From the NCBI GenBank assembly GCA_964355925.1, contig CAYHFN010000016.1:1006-65005 (forward strand): a stretch of DNA of 64,000 nucleotides, written 5' to 3'. The notes beneath the pieces were generated by a model. It saw nothing but the letters and a program-made list of their open reading frames with translations. It searched no databases and had not been told where the DNA came from. The translations under genes and the position numbers were made by a program. Source of the stretch: an uncultured Chitinophagaceae bacterium. GTDB taxonomy: Bacteria; Bacteroidota; Ignavibacteria; UBA10030; UBA8401. Shown one piece after another: positions 28,565 to 38,439 of this stretch (the first letter of the stretch is position 1; every line of letters begins with the position of its first letter).

Positions 28565-28651
28565 TGCGAAGAATACGTTCGCAGCAGAATGGCAATTCTA
28601 TGGTAAGTTGTTACAATGGTATGCTTTGGTGGTGCGTAGGAAAACAACGCA
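28565..28651. promoter_or_regulatory. Paired activator sites TGCG-N11-CGCA
   Basis: TGCGAAGAATACGTTCGCA (28565-28583) and TGCGTAGGAAAACAACGCA (28633-28651). Confidence 0.6.
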
Positions 28652-28654
28652 GAT

Positions 28655-30067
28655 CTATTCTCCTATTGAATCAGATTCCGGTGTTTTTAATCCCAAATCT
28701 TTCATCATGTTTTGAAGCATTCGTCGGTCCATATCAAGTACGCGCGCAGTTTGTGAGATATTCCAATGATTATTTCGCAATCCTTCAAGAATGAAGTTTT
28801 TTTCAATTTCTTTTATATACTCATCTTTTAACTTCTTTTTCATCGCAAGAAAATCTTGATACGATGAAGGGATCATATCTCGCTCATCGGCGGATTGAAG
28901 ATGGAAATCTGATGGTAATTCATCAATACCAATATATTCGCTCTGTGCACTCACCATAGATCGGACAACAATATTTTCCAATTCACGCACATTCCCGGGC
29001 CAGTGGTGTGCTTTAAGATAAGTCAACGAATTAGTTTCAAAACCCTTCTGATTTTTCCCAATGCTTTGGCGGTGTTTTAATAAAAAATGTTGTGCTAGTA
29101 ATGGAATATCTTCTGTTCGCTCTCGTAATGGCGGAAGTTGGATATTGACAACATTAAGTCTGTAGTACAGATCACTTCTAAAACGATTCGCTTCTACTTC
29201 TAATTTCAGTTTTCTATTTGTTGCGGCAACAATACGGAAGTCGAGTGAAACCTTCTCGCTCCCTCCAACACGAACAATAACCTGCTCTTCAATTGCCCGT
29301 AATAGTTTCACTTGCAGATCAAGAGGCAATTCGCCAATCTCATCAAGAAAAATTGTACCATGGTTTGCTTGTTCAAATTTTCCAATACGTCTCGCAGTGG
29401 CACCGGTAAATGCGCCTCGTTCGCTACCGAAAAATTCGCTTTCTAATAGCTCGCGCGGTATCGCTCCACAATTTACAGCAATAAATGCCTGTGAAGCACG
29501 GGAACTTAAGTTATGCAATGATCGGGCAATGAGTTCTTTTCCTGTTCCCGTCTCACCCTCAATAAGCACAGTGAAATTAGTCGTGGCAACTTGTTCAACC
29601 GATTTCATGACTTTCTGCATTTTATCGTTGACTGTAACAATGTTAGACATTGCTTCAATCGAACGTAACTGCGTTCGCAATTGTTCATTCTCTTGAATCA
29701 GTTTAACATGCAGCATAGCACGGTTCAATGCAACATCAAGCTGATCTAGATTCACAGGTTTTACTATGTAATCAAACGCACCTCGTTTCATCATCATGAC
29801 CGCATTCTCAATGGTTCCATACGCAGTCATGATAATAACAGGAATTGGATGGACACTTTTTTGTATTTCCTTTAGAACTTCTGTTCCGTCAATATCTGGC
29901 ATTTTCAGATCGGTGAGTACGATATCAATCGTATGTGACTGTAATATTTTCAAAGCTTCACGACCATTCTCTGCTAAATGCAGTTTATATGAATTCTGGA
30001 GATTGATTTGAAGAATACGACGAGTTTTCTCTTCGTCATCCACAATAAGGATCGATGCGTTTTTCAT
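28655..30067 (-). CDS. sigma54-dependent response regulator
   Basis: REC, GETGTGKE, GAFTGA, WPGNVRELEN, HTH. Confidence 0.95.
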   Translation of the reverse strand: MKNASILIVDDEEKTRRILQINLQNSYKLHLAENGREALKILQSHTIDIVLTDLKMPDIDGTEVLKEIQKSVHPIPVIIMTAYGTIENAVMMMKRGAFDYIVKPVNLDQLDVALNRAMLHVKLIQENEQLRTQLRSIEAMSNIVTVNDKMQKVMKSVEQVATTNFTVLIEGETGTGKELIARSLHNLSSRASQAFIAVNCGAIPRELLESEFFGSERGAFTGATARRIGKFEQANHGTIFLDEIGELPLDLQVKLLRAIEEQVIVRVGGSEKVSLDFRIVAATNRKLKLEVEANRFRSDLYYRLNVVNIQLPPLRERTEDIPLLAQHFLLKHRQSIGKNQKGFETNSLTYLKAHHWPGNVRELENIVVRSMVSAQSEYIGIDELPSDFHLQSADERDMIPSSYQDFLAMKKKLKDEYIKEIEKNFILEGLRNNHWNISQTARVLDMDRRMLQNMMKDLGLKTPESDSIGE

Positions 30068-32148
30068 TGTTTACTTCCGTCAATCGGTAATTCTATTGAA
30101 AATGTTGTGCCGGTATTGTCAGACGTAAAGTTAACTATTCCTTTAATCGAATGTATCATCATATACACAATCGACAATCCCAGACCCGTCCCGGTTTTTT
30201 TTGTCGTAAAGAATGGATCAAATATTTTATAGTGAAACTCCAATGGAATGCCACATCCATTATCGTGAATCTCAATGATTATGGTGTTTTCATTTTTATG
30301 CTGAGCCATAATTGTCAGGGTACCATTGTTACTCATTGCTTCAAGTGCATTTAATGCCAGGTTAACCATACTTCGTTCAACATGATGCGGCGATGTAACA
30401 ATTTCGGTCAAAGATGGGATGTTTTTTACAATAGTAATATTCTTTTCAATCAAGCGGGGTTGAAGTGAACTAATAGCACTATCAATAATCTCATCGAGAT
30501 GTATTCTTTCCCAAACCGGGGAATGTGGTTTGGCAAATTGGAGAAATGCATCAACGGTTTGGCTTAGTCTGTTCGTCTCTTCAAGAATATATTTTCCAGT
30601 TTCTATGTGAAGATCAACATCTTCAGGATTACGTAGAATTGTCTGAGCAGATGTTGCAATAATATTGAGTGGATTACGAAACTCATGTGCTATTCCGGCA
30701 GTCAATCGGCCAAGAGCTGCAAGTTTTTCCATCTGCGCGGCACGAATCTCCTCGGAACGTACTTTCTCCATCAAGACATTTCGCTCTACAACAACAGAAA
30801 GAGAATTTGAAAAGATTGTTAAAAATTCAGTTTCTTCAATTGTATAGACTTTTCCTGATTCGGTAGGTCCAGTCAATAATATTCCCATTATTCCTTTATC
30901 GGCATGAAGTGGTATTAAATAGCCACCGTCATAAATTTGAAGGAGATGCCGATCATTAACAGAGCACTCTTGTAATAAATCTCTTACTTCATACAATTTT
31001 TGTTCTTTCGTTAGTATTCCTGGTATTGCACCGTCAATCGAAAGTATTTTTTTCGAATTATTGACTCCCCTAAACTGTCCGGAACCATCAATATCAATCA
31101 ATATCTCAGATCGAGATACCGATAATGCTTCTTTTAAAAATACTGTCACTGCATGTGTCAAATCCGTAATGTTCGACAGATGAAATGATTCGTGCGTAAA
31201 CTGAATAAATTTTTGTCGATAACGAAATATATTTTGGGAAAAGATATGTTCAATGAGCGATTCAACCCGATTTACAAGTGGTCTGAATATAAAAGAAAGT
31301 ATTATTATTACAAGGATTTCAAATACCAGTGAGGTAATCTTGAATCGCTCTCCAAATACCTCTGCTATATTTTTTATAATTATTAGGTAAAAACCAGACA
31401 CTACTGCTATAACGAATGAATATGCAATTCCCTGTTTACCAATTCTTCTTAGAATCAGCAATCTATTACCAAGGACGACAAAAGCAAAAAAGAGACTTAT
31501 TGAAACAAACAATGCACGAGAGGCAAAAAAATATATGTTATGATTTTCACGGCCTACATTAAGTGAAATGAGAAGGAGGGCAAAACCAATTGTTCCAAAT
31601 AAAATAAAAATAATTTGGGATAGTTGTTTACGTTCTGTCGAAGATTTTAATTGAAAGAGAAGATTTCCGATGCCCCAAACTATATATGCAACTATAGTTG
31701 CATACATAGCCTTATTAAGTATACCACCAGATATATTTACAAAATAGAAATTTACATCTATGACATCAAATCGTTGCAACTCAATTGGTTGAAAGACTTG
31801 AATACCTGAAAGGAGTGAAAATATGAGTGGAAGGATTAAAAACAACGGCCGTATGGGAAAACGGTCAAATCGAGAATGAATTGATAGAGGAAAAGAAAAT
31901 GACAACAAAAGAAAAAAAGTAGATGCAAACAAGAATACAACAACAATTATTATCGCACCAATAGCCGCAATTTCGAGGGTTGAACTGTTAATGACAATGA
32001 TATCGGCTACATTCCAAAAAGCAAAACATAATATTACCAAACCAAACAAGCGGTGTGCGTAACTCTTTGGGTTATCAAGTAAAACAATGATAACAAGCGA
32101 TATGTTTACTGCAAACGCAAGCAGTGATGGAAGTGAAAATGGAGACAC
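30064..32148 (-). CDS. Multi-TM (HisKA_7TM-like) plus GAF sensor histidine kinase
   Basis: About nine TM segments, GAF-like region, AHEFRNPL, DNGCGI, GTGLGL; ATGA overlap with the regulator gene. Confidence 0.92.
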   Translation of the reverse strand: MSPFSLPSLLAFAVNISLVIIVLLDNPKSYAHRLFGLVILCFAFWNVADIIVINSSTLEIAAIGAIIIVVVFLFASTFFLLLSFSFPLSIHSRFDRFPIRPLFLILPLIFSLLSGIQVFQPIELQRFDVIDVNFYFVNISGGILNKAMYATIVAYIVWGIGNLLFQLKSSTERKQLSQIIFILFGTIGFALLLISLNVGRENHNIYFFASRALFVSISLFFAFVVLGNRLLILRRIGKQGIAYSFVIAVVSGFYLIIIKNIAEVFGERFKITSLVFEILVIIILSFIFRPLVNRVESLIEHIFSQNIFRYRQKFIQFTHESFHLSNITDLTHAVTVFLKEALSVSRSEILIDIDGSGQFRGVNNSKKILSIDGAIPGILTKEQKLYEVRDLLQECSVNDRHLLQIYDGGYLIPLHADKGIMGILLTGPTESGKVYTIEETEFLTIFSNSLSVVVERNVLMEKVRSEEIRAAQMEKLAALGRLTAGIAHEFRNPLNIIATSAQTILRNPEDVDLHIETGKYILEETNRLSQTVDAFLQFAKPHSPVWERIHLDEIIDSAISSLQPRLIEKNITIVKNIPSLTEIVTSPHHVERSMVNLALNALEAMSNNGTLTIMAQHKNENTIIIEIHDNGCGIPLEFHYKIFDPFFTTKKTGTGLGLSIVYMMIHSIKGIVNFTSDNTGTTFSIELPIDGSKQ

Positions 32149-32246
32149 AATGGTAATTACCCTTGATGCAGTGTTTTAATAAAATAGGGTTATTTTTACC
32201 AACATCAAATCGGAGACAATTGCTGAACGGTTTGTTGATTTTCCTA

Positions 32247-32313
32247 ATATCCGGCTAAAATATCCCGCTAGGATGCTTCATCGTCTACAATAAGGATAGA
32301 TAAATTATTCATT
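32247..32313 (-). pseudogene. Duplicated, inactivated 5' end of the response regulator at 18004-19365
   Basis: 63/67 identical to 19300-19366; reads MNNLSILIVDDEAS*RDILAGY*. Confidence 0.85.
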
Positions 32314-32330
32314 GGTCACTTTACTATTTA

Positions 32331-32573
32331 TTACGACCACGTTTGCCTAATTAACCCTTGAACATATTCAGTCATTGCGTTGCGGAGAACTTCACTGGAA
32401 CAAGATCGTTGAAATTGCATACAATGTTCATCGGCAATTCCTTGCGCTTCAGCCATTGTTTGAGAACCGGTGATCTTGTTTTTTATATCATGGCAATAAT
32501 GCGAGATCAATTCAGTCTGATCCTGAAAAGAGAGTTGATCAAATGTAGATTCATCTACTAATTCATCATACAT
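32331..32573 (-). CDS. Hypothetical 80-aa protein
   Basis: AAGGA RBS; operon orientation. Confidence 0.6.
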   Translation of the reverse strand: MYDELVDESTFDQLSFQDQTELISHYCHDIKNKITGSQTMAEAQGIADEHCMQFQRSCSSEVLRNAMTEYVQGLIRQTWS

Positions 32574-32645
32574 TCCGATAATTCCTTAATTCACCATTCA
32601 TATAATTATTAAGCAAGACGGCGAAGAATAAACATTCTGGCATTT

Positions 32646-33506
32646 TTATTTATGGTCATATTTTTTCTCACCCGCTTCAATCTTAACCGATAATCTATTT
32701 TCCTTTAACGGTACAGGACAGGTTGCAAAATTTGTAAAAGCACAAGGTGGATTTGTCGATTTATTAAAGTCAAGAAACATCGTTCCATTCACCGGCGGAT
32801 CGGCGTACAAAAATCTTCCCGACGGATACGTATCTTTTCCGTTTGTTCTGTCACCAAACACAAAAATATATTCTGTTTCAGCACTATCAACTGTCGGTTC
32901 GAGTCGATACTCTTTTCCGTCCAGAGTAAAGGTTGCAACACCCGGAACAATACCTTCCCCAACAATTCCAGGTATGACCGTTGGGACCTCAATTTTTTTT
33001 GGTTTCGAAAATGCTTCCCAACGAGCCTTGATTCTCCACATTGATGAAACAGGATACCGTTCAATTTCCGTAAAATTTTTCCTGCCAGACGATTCGGAAT
33101 CCCATATTCTTACTGCGTATTTTCCATCGCGCAGGATTACAATAAACGCATTTGATCCGATTAGTATTTTATCCTTTTCAGGCTGAATGTAGCCGGACGT
33201 GAATATTTTCCCTTGCAAGGTCGCGTGAATTTTATTTTTCAACATAACAAACAGTTTTTCTTTTTTCAGAGTAATGCTTCCGAATAAAGGAATTTCATTT
33301 TTTCCTTCGCCCAGCCAAACAAGGTCTACTAAACTTAACCAGCCATGTTCTTTTATCAAATTATTAATGCGTTGGCGGTGCCAACGATTTATTTCACTTT
33401 TATAGTTCTCTTCTTTTTCATCTTCGGGAAGTTGATTGCTTTCAATAAGACCAAAAGAAGTGAAGAATACAATGATGAGTGAAACTCGGTATAAAAAGGA
33501 GGGCAT
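32646..33506 (-). CDS. DUF1684 family exported protein
   Basis: GWLSLV, FGDRTNGKDTYPSGRFL, LDFNKSTNPPCAFTNFATCPVP..EN...IEAGEK. Confidence 0.93.
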   Translation of the reverse strand: MPSFLYRVSLIIVFFTSFGLIESNQLPEDEKEENYKSEINRWHRQRINNLIKEHGWLSLVDLVWLGEGKNEIPLFGSITLKKEKLFVMLKNKIHATLQGKIFTSGYIQPEKDKILIGSNAFIVILRDGKYAVRIWDSESSGRKNFTEIERYPVSSMWRIKARWEAFSKPKKIEVPTVIPGIVGEGIVPGVATFTLDGKEYRLEPTVDSAETEYIFVFGDRTNGKDTYPSGRFLYADPPVNGTMFLDFNKSTNPPCAFTNFATCPVPLKENRLSVKIEAGEKKYDHK

Positions 33507-33533
33507 AATGATTACGCTATAATTATAAATTCT

Positions 33534-33761
33534 TCAATTATATTTTTTTGTCCGAATTTTATTCCATTTTGATCTATCAAACATACGTTTAAATGCTGAC
33601 AAAAGTGGACATTGCGTGCAAAAATTTGTTGCACCGATAAACAAGAACATGACCCCAACAACACCTGCTGTTGAATTCACTAAACCGGAAACGATGAACA
33701 GTAAAAGCTCAACAACACCGATCGTCATGAAGATTCTTCTAGCAACTGCTCTTTTTGACAT
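33534..33761 (-). CDS. DUF2892/YgaP-like membrane protein with CxxCP
   Basis: Two TMs followed by GATNFCTQCPL; rhodanese neighbourhood. Confidence 0.65.
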   Translation of the reverse strand: MSKRAVARRIFMTIGVVELLLFIVSGLVNSTAGVVGVMFLFIGATNFCTQCPLLSAFKRMFDRSKWNKIRTKKYN

Positions 33762-33851
33762 TTTGTCCCTTGTGATAATATCGTAAAATGAAAAGCAAGA
33801 TCGTCACGTTGTGATGATGACACGATTTGAAAGCACCGTGGTTTTAATCGG

Positions 33852-34340
33852 TTATTGTTTCACACTTTTTTCCGATAAGTAATCCGCAAATTGCTTTTTC
33901 AAATATTGGTTGTCACTAATAAAAGTAAGAACATGGATAAATTGATCTGGTTTTGAATATCCCGGAAGCAATGTGATTACTTTTCCATCGTTTTTTAAGA
34001 ATAATGTCGCCGGATAACCATCCACACCCATTCCCTGTGCAAATTCTTGCGGGGTCATCGATTGACCTTCATACATGATCTTCTCGGTTCCTTCAGCATT
34101 CAATTTGATGATCACAAAATTCTTCTTCAAATACGCTGAAATATTTTTATCAGCATAGGTGTTTTTATCCATCTCTTTGCACCATTTACACCAGTCTGTA
34201 TAAACATCAATTAATATTTTTTTTCCACTTTTTTTTGCTTCACTGATTCCTTCATTGAAATTTTTCCATTGAGGATCTTTTGCCTTTGCGGCGGTGGAAT
34301 ACGCAATAACTAACAGTAAGATTAACAATATTTTTTTCAT
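33852..34340 (-). CDS. Exported thioredoxin-fold protein (SoxW/DsbD-gamma-like)
   Basis: Signal peptide; YTDWCKWCKEM; cis-Pro GYP. Confidence 0.9.
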   Translation of the reverse strand: MKKILLILLLVIAYSTAAKAKDPQWKNFNEGISEAKKSGKKILIDVYTDWCKWCKEMDKNTYADKNISAYLKKNFVIIKLNAEGTEKIMYEGQSMTPQEFAQGMGVDGYPATLFLKNDGKVITLLPGYSKPDQFIHVLTFISDNQYLKKQFADYLSEKSVKQ

Positions 34341-34376
34341 ACAATAATCCGTTTCCTTAATAATGATTCAAAAAGC

Positions 34377-34649
34377 TTACAGTTCAGGCATATCGTAGAG
34401 ACCACCTGCATTAACAACATCCGTGAATCCGGAATTTTTTAGAACTCTTGCCGCATACGCACTTCGAGAACCGGAAGCGCAATAGAGAATGACAGGTGAA
34501 CTTTTTTCTCCGACTTCACTGATCCTTGATTGTATTTGTTCCACAGGAATATTTACCGCATTGGGGTAATGCTCTTCACCAAATTCTTCGGTGCTTCTTA
34601 CATCTACAATCTTTGCACCGGATTTGATCTTGTTCAATAACTCAGACAT
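34377..34649 (-). CDS. Single-domain rhodanese (PspE/GlpE-like)
   Basis: IVDVRS.EEF...H, active loop YCASGSRS. Confidence 0.93.
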   Translation of the reverse strand: MSELLNKIKSGAKIVDVRSTEEFGEEHYPNAVNIPVEQIQSRISEVGEKSSPVILYCASGSRSAYAARVLKNSGFTDVVNAGGLYDMPEL

Positions 34650-34678
34650 GTACTTCTCCTTTTTATTTTAATGTAGTA

Positions 34679-36343
34679 TTAATTTGAAAATTTCCAACCA
34701 TCGAACCATTTTGCCGCAAGATATCCGCCGGCAATATTATAAACATTGTTCCAACCCTCTGCTTTTAGAATTTGAATTGTCGTATGACCTAAAAACCCAT
34801 CTTTGCTCAACAGATAAATATTACCATCTTTTGGAATTTCTGATAATCGATCACGAACTTCATCCGCCGGAATGTCTAGAACATTTTTAAGTGTCGCTTT
34901 TGATTTTTCTCCCATCGTTCGAACATCTACAATCAATCCTTTTGCTTTGGAAAGCTCTTCCAATGTTTCCACTGGAGTCTTTAGCGAACTATATCCTGAG
35001 ATGTGATTGAGTCCAACAAATGAAGCTATATTAACCGGATCGTTCGCGCTATTGTAAGGCGGTGCATATGCCAAGTCCAATTCCGATAGATCTTCCAACG
35101 TCATTTTCCCGTGGAGCGCCGTCGCTAAAACATCAACACGCTTTTCTACACCAACTTCTCCGTAGGCCTGACCACCGAGAAGTAATTTTGTTTTTACATC
35201 ATACACAATCTTCAGTGCAAGCGGTTTTCCACCGGGGAAATATGTTACATGATTATCTTTGAAAACATACGCAACTCCAACAGCGAAACCTGCATCGCGG
35301 GCAGCTTTTTCTGAAAGTCCGGTAGATGCAGCATTTCGATCAAATAATTTAACGACCGACGTTCCGAGTGCTCCGTTATACTTCATCATTCCACCCAACA
35401 CATTTGTGCCGGCGATTCTTCCCTGTCTGTTCGCGGGACCAGCTAACGGAATTCTCACTTTTTTTCCGTGAACCTTATTAATGATCTCAACCATATCACC
35501 TGCGGCATAAATATCCGGATCATTTGTTTGTAAAAATTCATTCACAACCAACCCACCGCTTGCACCAATTATAAGTCCGGCAGATTTTGCTAATGATAAT
35601 TCCGGTCGAACACCAACAGAAAGCAATACCATATCTGCATCTATTATAGAGCCATCGGATAGAGTGATAGTTTTTTCACTAATTGCCGAAAGACCGATCT
35701 TTGTTTTAACAGAAATTCCTTTCTCTTCAAGTCCGCTCTTTATCATTTCACCGAATTCAGTGTCCATTGTGATCATTACTTGTGGAGCTAATTCTACAAC
35801 GGTTACACTCATTCCACGCGCGTGAAACGCCTCTGCCATTTCAAGACCGATGAAACCACCGCCGGCTACAATTGCTTTTACTGGTTTTTTCTCTTCAATG
35901 AATTTATGGATCCTATCCATATCAGGAATCGTCCAGAGTTTGAAGACATGATCATAAGCAATTCCGGGTAATTGAGGGACGATCGGTGAACCGCCTTGTG
36001 CAAGGATCAATTTATCATATTGGACCTTTTCTTCGCCATTCTGAGTTCGGACAACAACATTCTTTTCTTCTCTTAAAATTTGTATTGCTTCCGTATTTGT
36101 TCGAACATTAACGCGATACCGGCTAAAGAATCCTTCCGGGGTCTGAAGAAGTAAGCTGGAACGTCGCTGAATATCCCTACTAATAAAATACGGCAGCCCA
36201 CAATTGGCAAAACTAACATATGGCCCTCTTTCAAGAACTGTAATTTCTGCAGATTCGTCTAATCTGCGAATGCGTGCTGCAGCAGTTGCACCGCCGGCAA
36301 CACCGCCGATAATCAATATTTTTTTAGGATCGTTTGTTTTCAT
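34679..36343 (-). CDS. CoA-disulfide/persulfide reductase with fused rhodanese-like domain (CoADR-RHD/Npsr type)
   Basis: GGVAGGA, SFANC redox Cys, GGGFIGLE, YAAGD, YAPPY; C-terminal rhodanese fold (IVDVRT). Confidence 0.92.
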   Translation of the reverse strand: MKTNDPKKILIIGGVAGGATAAARIRRLDESAEITVLERGPYVSFANCGLPYFISRDIQRRSSLLLQTPEGFFSRYRVNVRTNTEAIQILREEKNVVVRTQNGEEKVQYDKLILAQGGSPIVPQLPGIAYDHVFKLWTIPDMDRIHKFIEEKKPVKAIVAGGGFIGLEMAEAFHARGMSVTVVELAPQVMITMDTEFGEMIKSGLEEKGISVKTKIGLSAISEKTITLSDGSIIDADMVLLSVGVRPELSLAKSAGLIIGASGGLVVNEFLQTNDPDIYAAGDMVEIINKVHGKKVRIPLAGPANRQGRIAGTNVLGGMMKYNGALGTSVVKLFDRNAASTGLSEKAARDAGFAVGVAYVFKDNHVTYFPGGKPLALKIVYDVKTKLLLGGQAYGEVGVEKRVDVLATALHGKMTLEDLSELDLAYAPPYNSANDPVNIASFVGLNHISGYSSLKTPVETLEELSKAKGLIVDVRTMGEKSKATLKNVLDIPADEVRDRLSEIPKDGNIYLLSKDGFLGHTTIQILKAEGWNNVYNIAGGYLAAKWFDGWKFSN

Positions 36344-36441
36344 TGTCTAATTTTTACAGTCGTGTTCGTTATTGAGCAATAGATAAATTTGTTCATTATT
36401 ATGATGCAGAGAGTGAAGGAAAGGATTCACAATTATATAAA

Positions 36442-36467
36442 AAAACCACGATAAAAATCGTGGTTTT
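36442..36467 (-). terminator. Terminator at the end of the flagellar operon
   Basis: AAAACCACGAT-AAAA-ATCGTGGTTTT. Confidence 0.75.
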
Positions 36468-36496
36468 AGAAAAATTGAATTAGTCATTTTTGTAGT

Positions 36497-37684
36497 TCAC
36501 TTATAAACAAAGATACTTCCAAGAATTGGATCGATCTGGTGATGAGATATTATACGATTGATATGGAATTCTGTCATCACTGTCTCTTTTGGCAATAATT
36601 TTGTTCCGCTGCCGGTACTTAGATCGGATGCAAGTTTCAAACCTGGAGTGAGATCTGCTACAGTAATAGAACGCTTTCCTACAATCCAATCTGTTTGACC
36701 TGCAACAAGAAGAAATTCTTCGAAGAGTTGAACGATCATTGGATCGAGCATAATTCCTCGCGCTTTATGAAGTGCGTCAATGATCTTTTCGTGTTGGGTT
36801 GCGTCAATGTCCAGATGTTCTACAAAATTGATCGTTCGCAGTAACCGTGATCCAAACGGAATTTCATTCCCCATTAAACGATCCGGGAAACCTGTGCCGT
36901 CAAAATTTTCCAATTGATGCCTGAGAAGTAATCCAACTTCTTTCAACCGCGGAATTCTTGACAGCAATATTTGTCCGGCAAGCGGATAATGTGCACGTTC
37001 TTTGTGATCAAATGTTGAGTTGTCTACTTGGGCCATATCGGCAAGGATACTGATCTTGCCAATTTCATGAAGAACTGCAGCACTTTGAATGATCTGCGAT
37101 TCTTCTTTTTCTAAAGAAAGTTTATCGGTGAACCATTGTACCACTAAAGATGCTTTTTCTGCACGCTGAGCAGCATTAGGAACATGTAAACCGAGAAGAA
37201 CCGCCAGAAGATCGAGCATACCTTTGTAACTTTCTTCAAGAATAACGTTCATCTCAGCAAGCTTTTCTTTTTTTGCTTTTATATCCTGTTGAAGTTGAAT
37301 GATGCGAGCACAGGCATTCACGCGGGCGATCAATTCGTTGAGATGAACCGGTTTTGAAATAAATTCATCTGCGCCGCTTTCAAGTCCCTGAACTTTCTCT
37401 TCTACTGATGTTGCCGATGTCAACAGAATGAACATTCCTTCACGAAGAATCGGGTGCTCTTTGATCTTTTTACAAAATTGGAATCCATTCATTCCCGGCA
37501 TAAAATAATCCGAGATGATGATCGTAGGAGAATACATCTCTGCCATCCGCAAAGCTTCTTCCGGTTTTGTTGTGGAGATAATGTTGTACTTTGATTCTTG
37601 CTGAAGGATCTGATCGACGAGATTTACTTGAGCTTCATCGTCATCCACAATGAGAATCGTGTGTTTGTTTTTACTGTTCATCAT
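36497..37684 (-). CDS. Response regulator with degenerate HD-GYP domain
   Basis: REC (IVDDD, SDYFMP); LHEIGK instead of LHDIGK; HQLENFDGTGFP. Confidence 0.85.
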   Translation of the reverse strand: MMNSKNKHTILIVDDDEAQVNLVDQILQQESKYNIISTTKPEEALRMAEMYSPTIIISDYFMPGMNGFQFCKKIKEHPILREGMFILLTSATSVEEKVQGLESGADEFISKPVHLNELIARVNACARIIQLQQDIKAKKEKLAEMNVILEESYKGMLDLLAVLLGLHVPNAAQRAEKASLVVQWFTDKLSLEKEESQIIQSAAVLHEIGKISILADMAQVDNSTFDHKERAHYPLAGQILLSRIPRLKEVGLLLRHQLENFDGTGFPDRLMGNEIPFGSRLLRTINFVEHLDIDATQHEKIIDALHKARGIMLDPMIVQLFEEFLLVAGQTDWIVGKRSITVADLTPGLKLASDLSTGSGTKLLPKETVMTEFHINRIISHHQIDPILGSIFVYK

Positions 37685-38435
37685 ATTTCACCAAAATACT
37701 GATACGTCTGTTAGTAACATCTAGTGGATTAGCTTTATTTCGTAAACGTGAATCGGCATAGCCTCGAATTTCGACAATTTGTTTCGTATTTAAACCTTTG
37801 TCCATAAGAACTCTACGAGCGCTATTCGCGCGTTCCGCACTGAGTTCAAAATTAGAATATCCATTCCCCCCCAAGTAAGGTCTTGCATCGGTATGACCTT
37901 CAACAACGATATGATTTGGAATTTCACTCAATTGTTTTGCGATTACATCTAATATAAGTATCGCCTCCGGTTTAATATTGGATGTTCCAACATCAAAAAA
38001 GAATGATTGTGATTCATCCACCAACTCGATCCGTAAACCTTCCTTGGTGAATTCCATTTTGATCTGTTTGATGAGTTCTTTTAATTTTTCAGTTTTGCCC
38101 ATTTCTTGTACGATCTTTTCAGCAACATCTTTCATTTTTTCCTGTTGCCGTTTTAAAAATTCTTCTGACACACGCTCACCAACACTCATATCGGACTTTT
38201 CAAATGCGCCGCCTCCCTTGGTGTTTTCCATAAACGCTCCAGGATCTTTGAAATACTGAGCGACATAATCCTTCACTTGTTTGCTTTGTCCGACAATCCA
38301 TAATACGATAAAAAGTGCCATCATCGCTGTTACAAAATCTGCATACGCAACCTTCCATGCACCGCCATGGTGAGCGGCATGACCTTTCTTTATTTTTTTT
38401 ATGATCCGTATAGGAACATCTTTTTGATTTACCAT
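37671..38435 (-). CDS. motB: Flagellar stator MotB (E. coli-type)
   Basis: HHGGAWKVAYADFVTAMMALF; OmpA-like GHTD...NRRI. Confidence 0.95.
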   Translation of the reverse strand: MVNQKDVPIRIIKKIKKGHAAHHGGAWKVAYADFVTAMMALFIVLWIVGQSKQVKDYVAQYFKDPGAFMENTKGGGAFEKSDMSVGERVSEEFLKRQQEKMKDVAEKIVQEMGKTEKLKELIKQIKMEFTKEGLRIELVDESQSFFFDVGTSNIKPEAILILDVIAKQLSEIPNHIVVEGHTDARPYLGGNGYSNFELSAERANSARRVLMDKGLNTKQIVEIRGYADSRLRNKANPLDVTNRRISILVKYDEQ

Positions 38436-38439
38436 AGTA

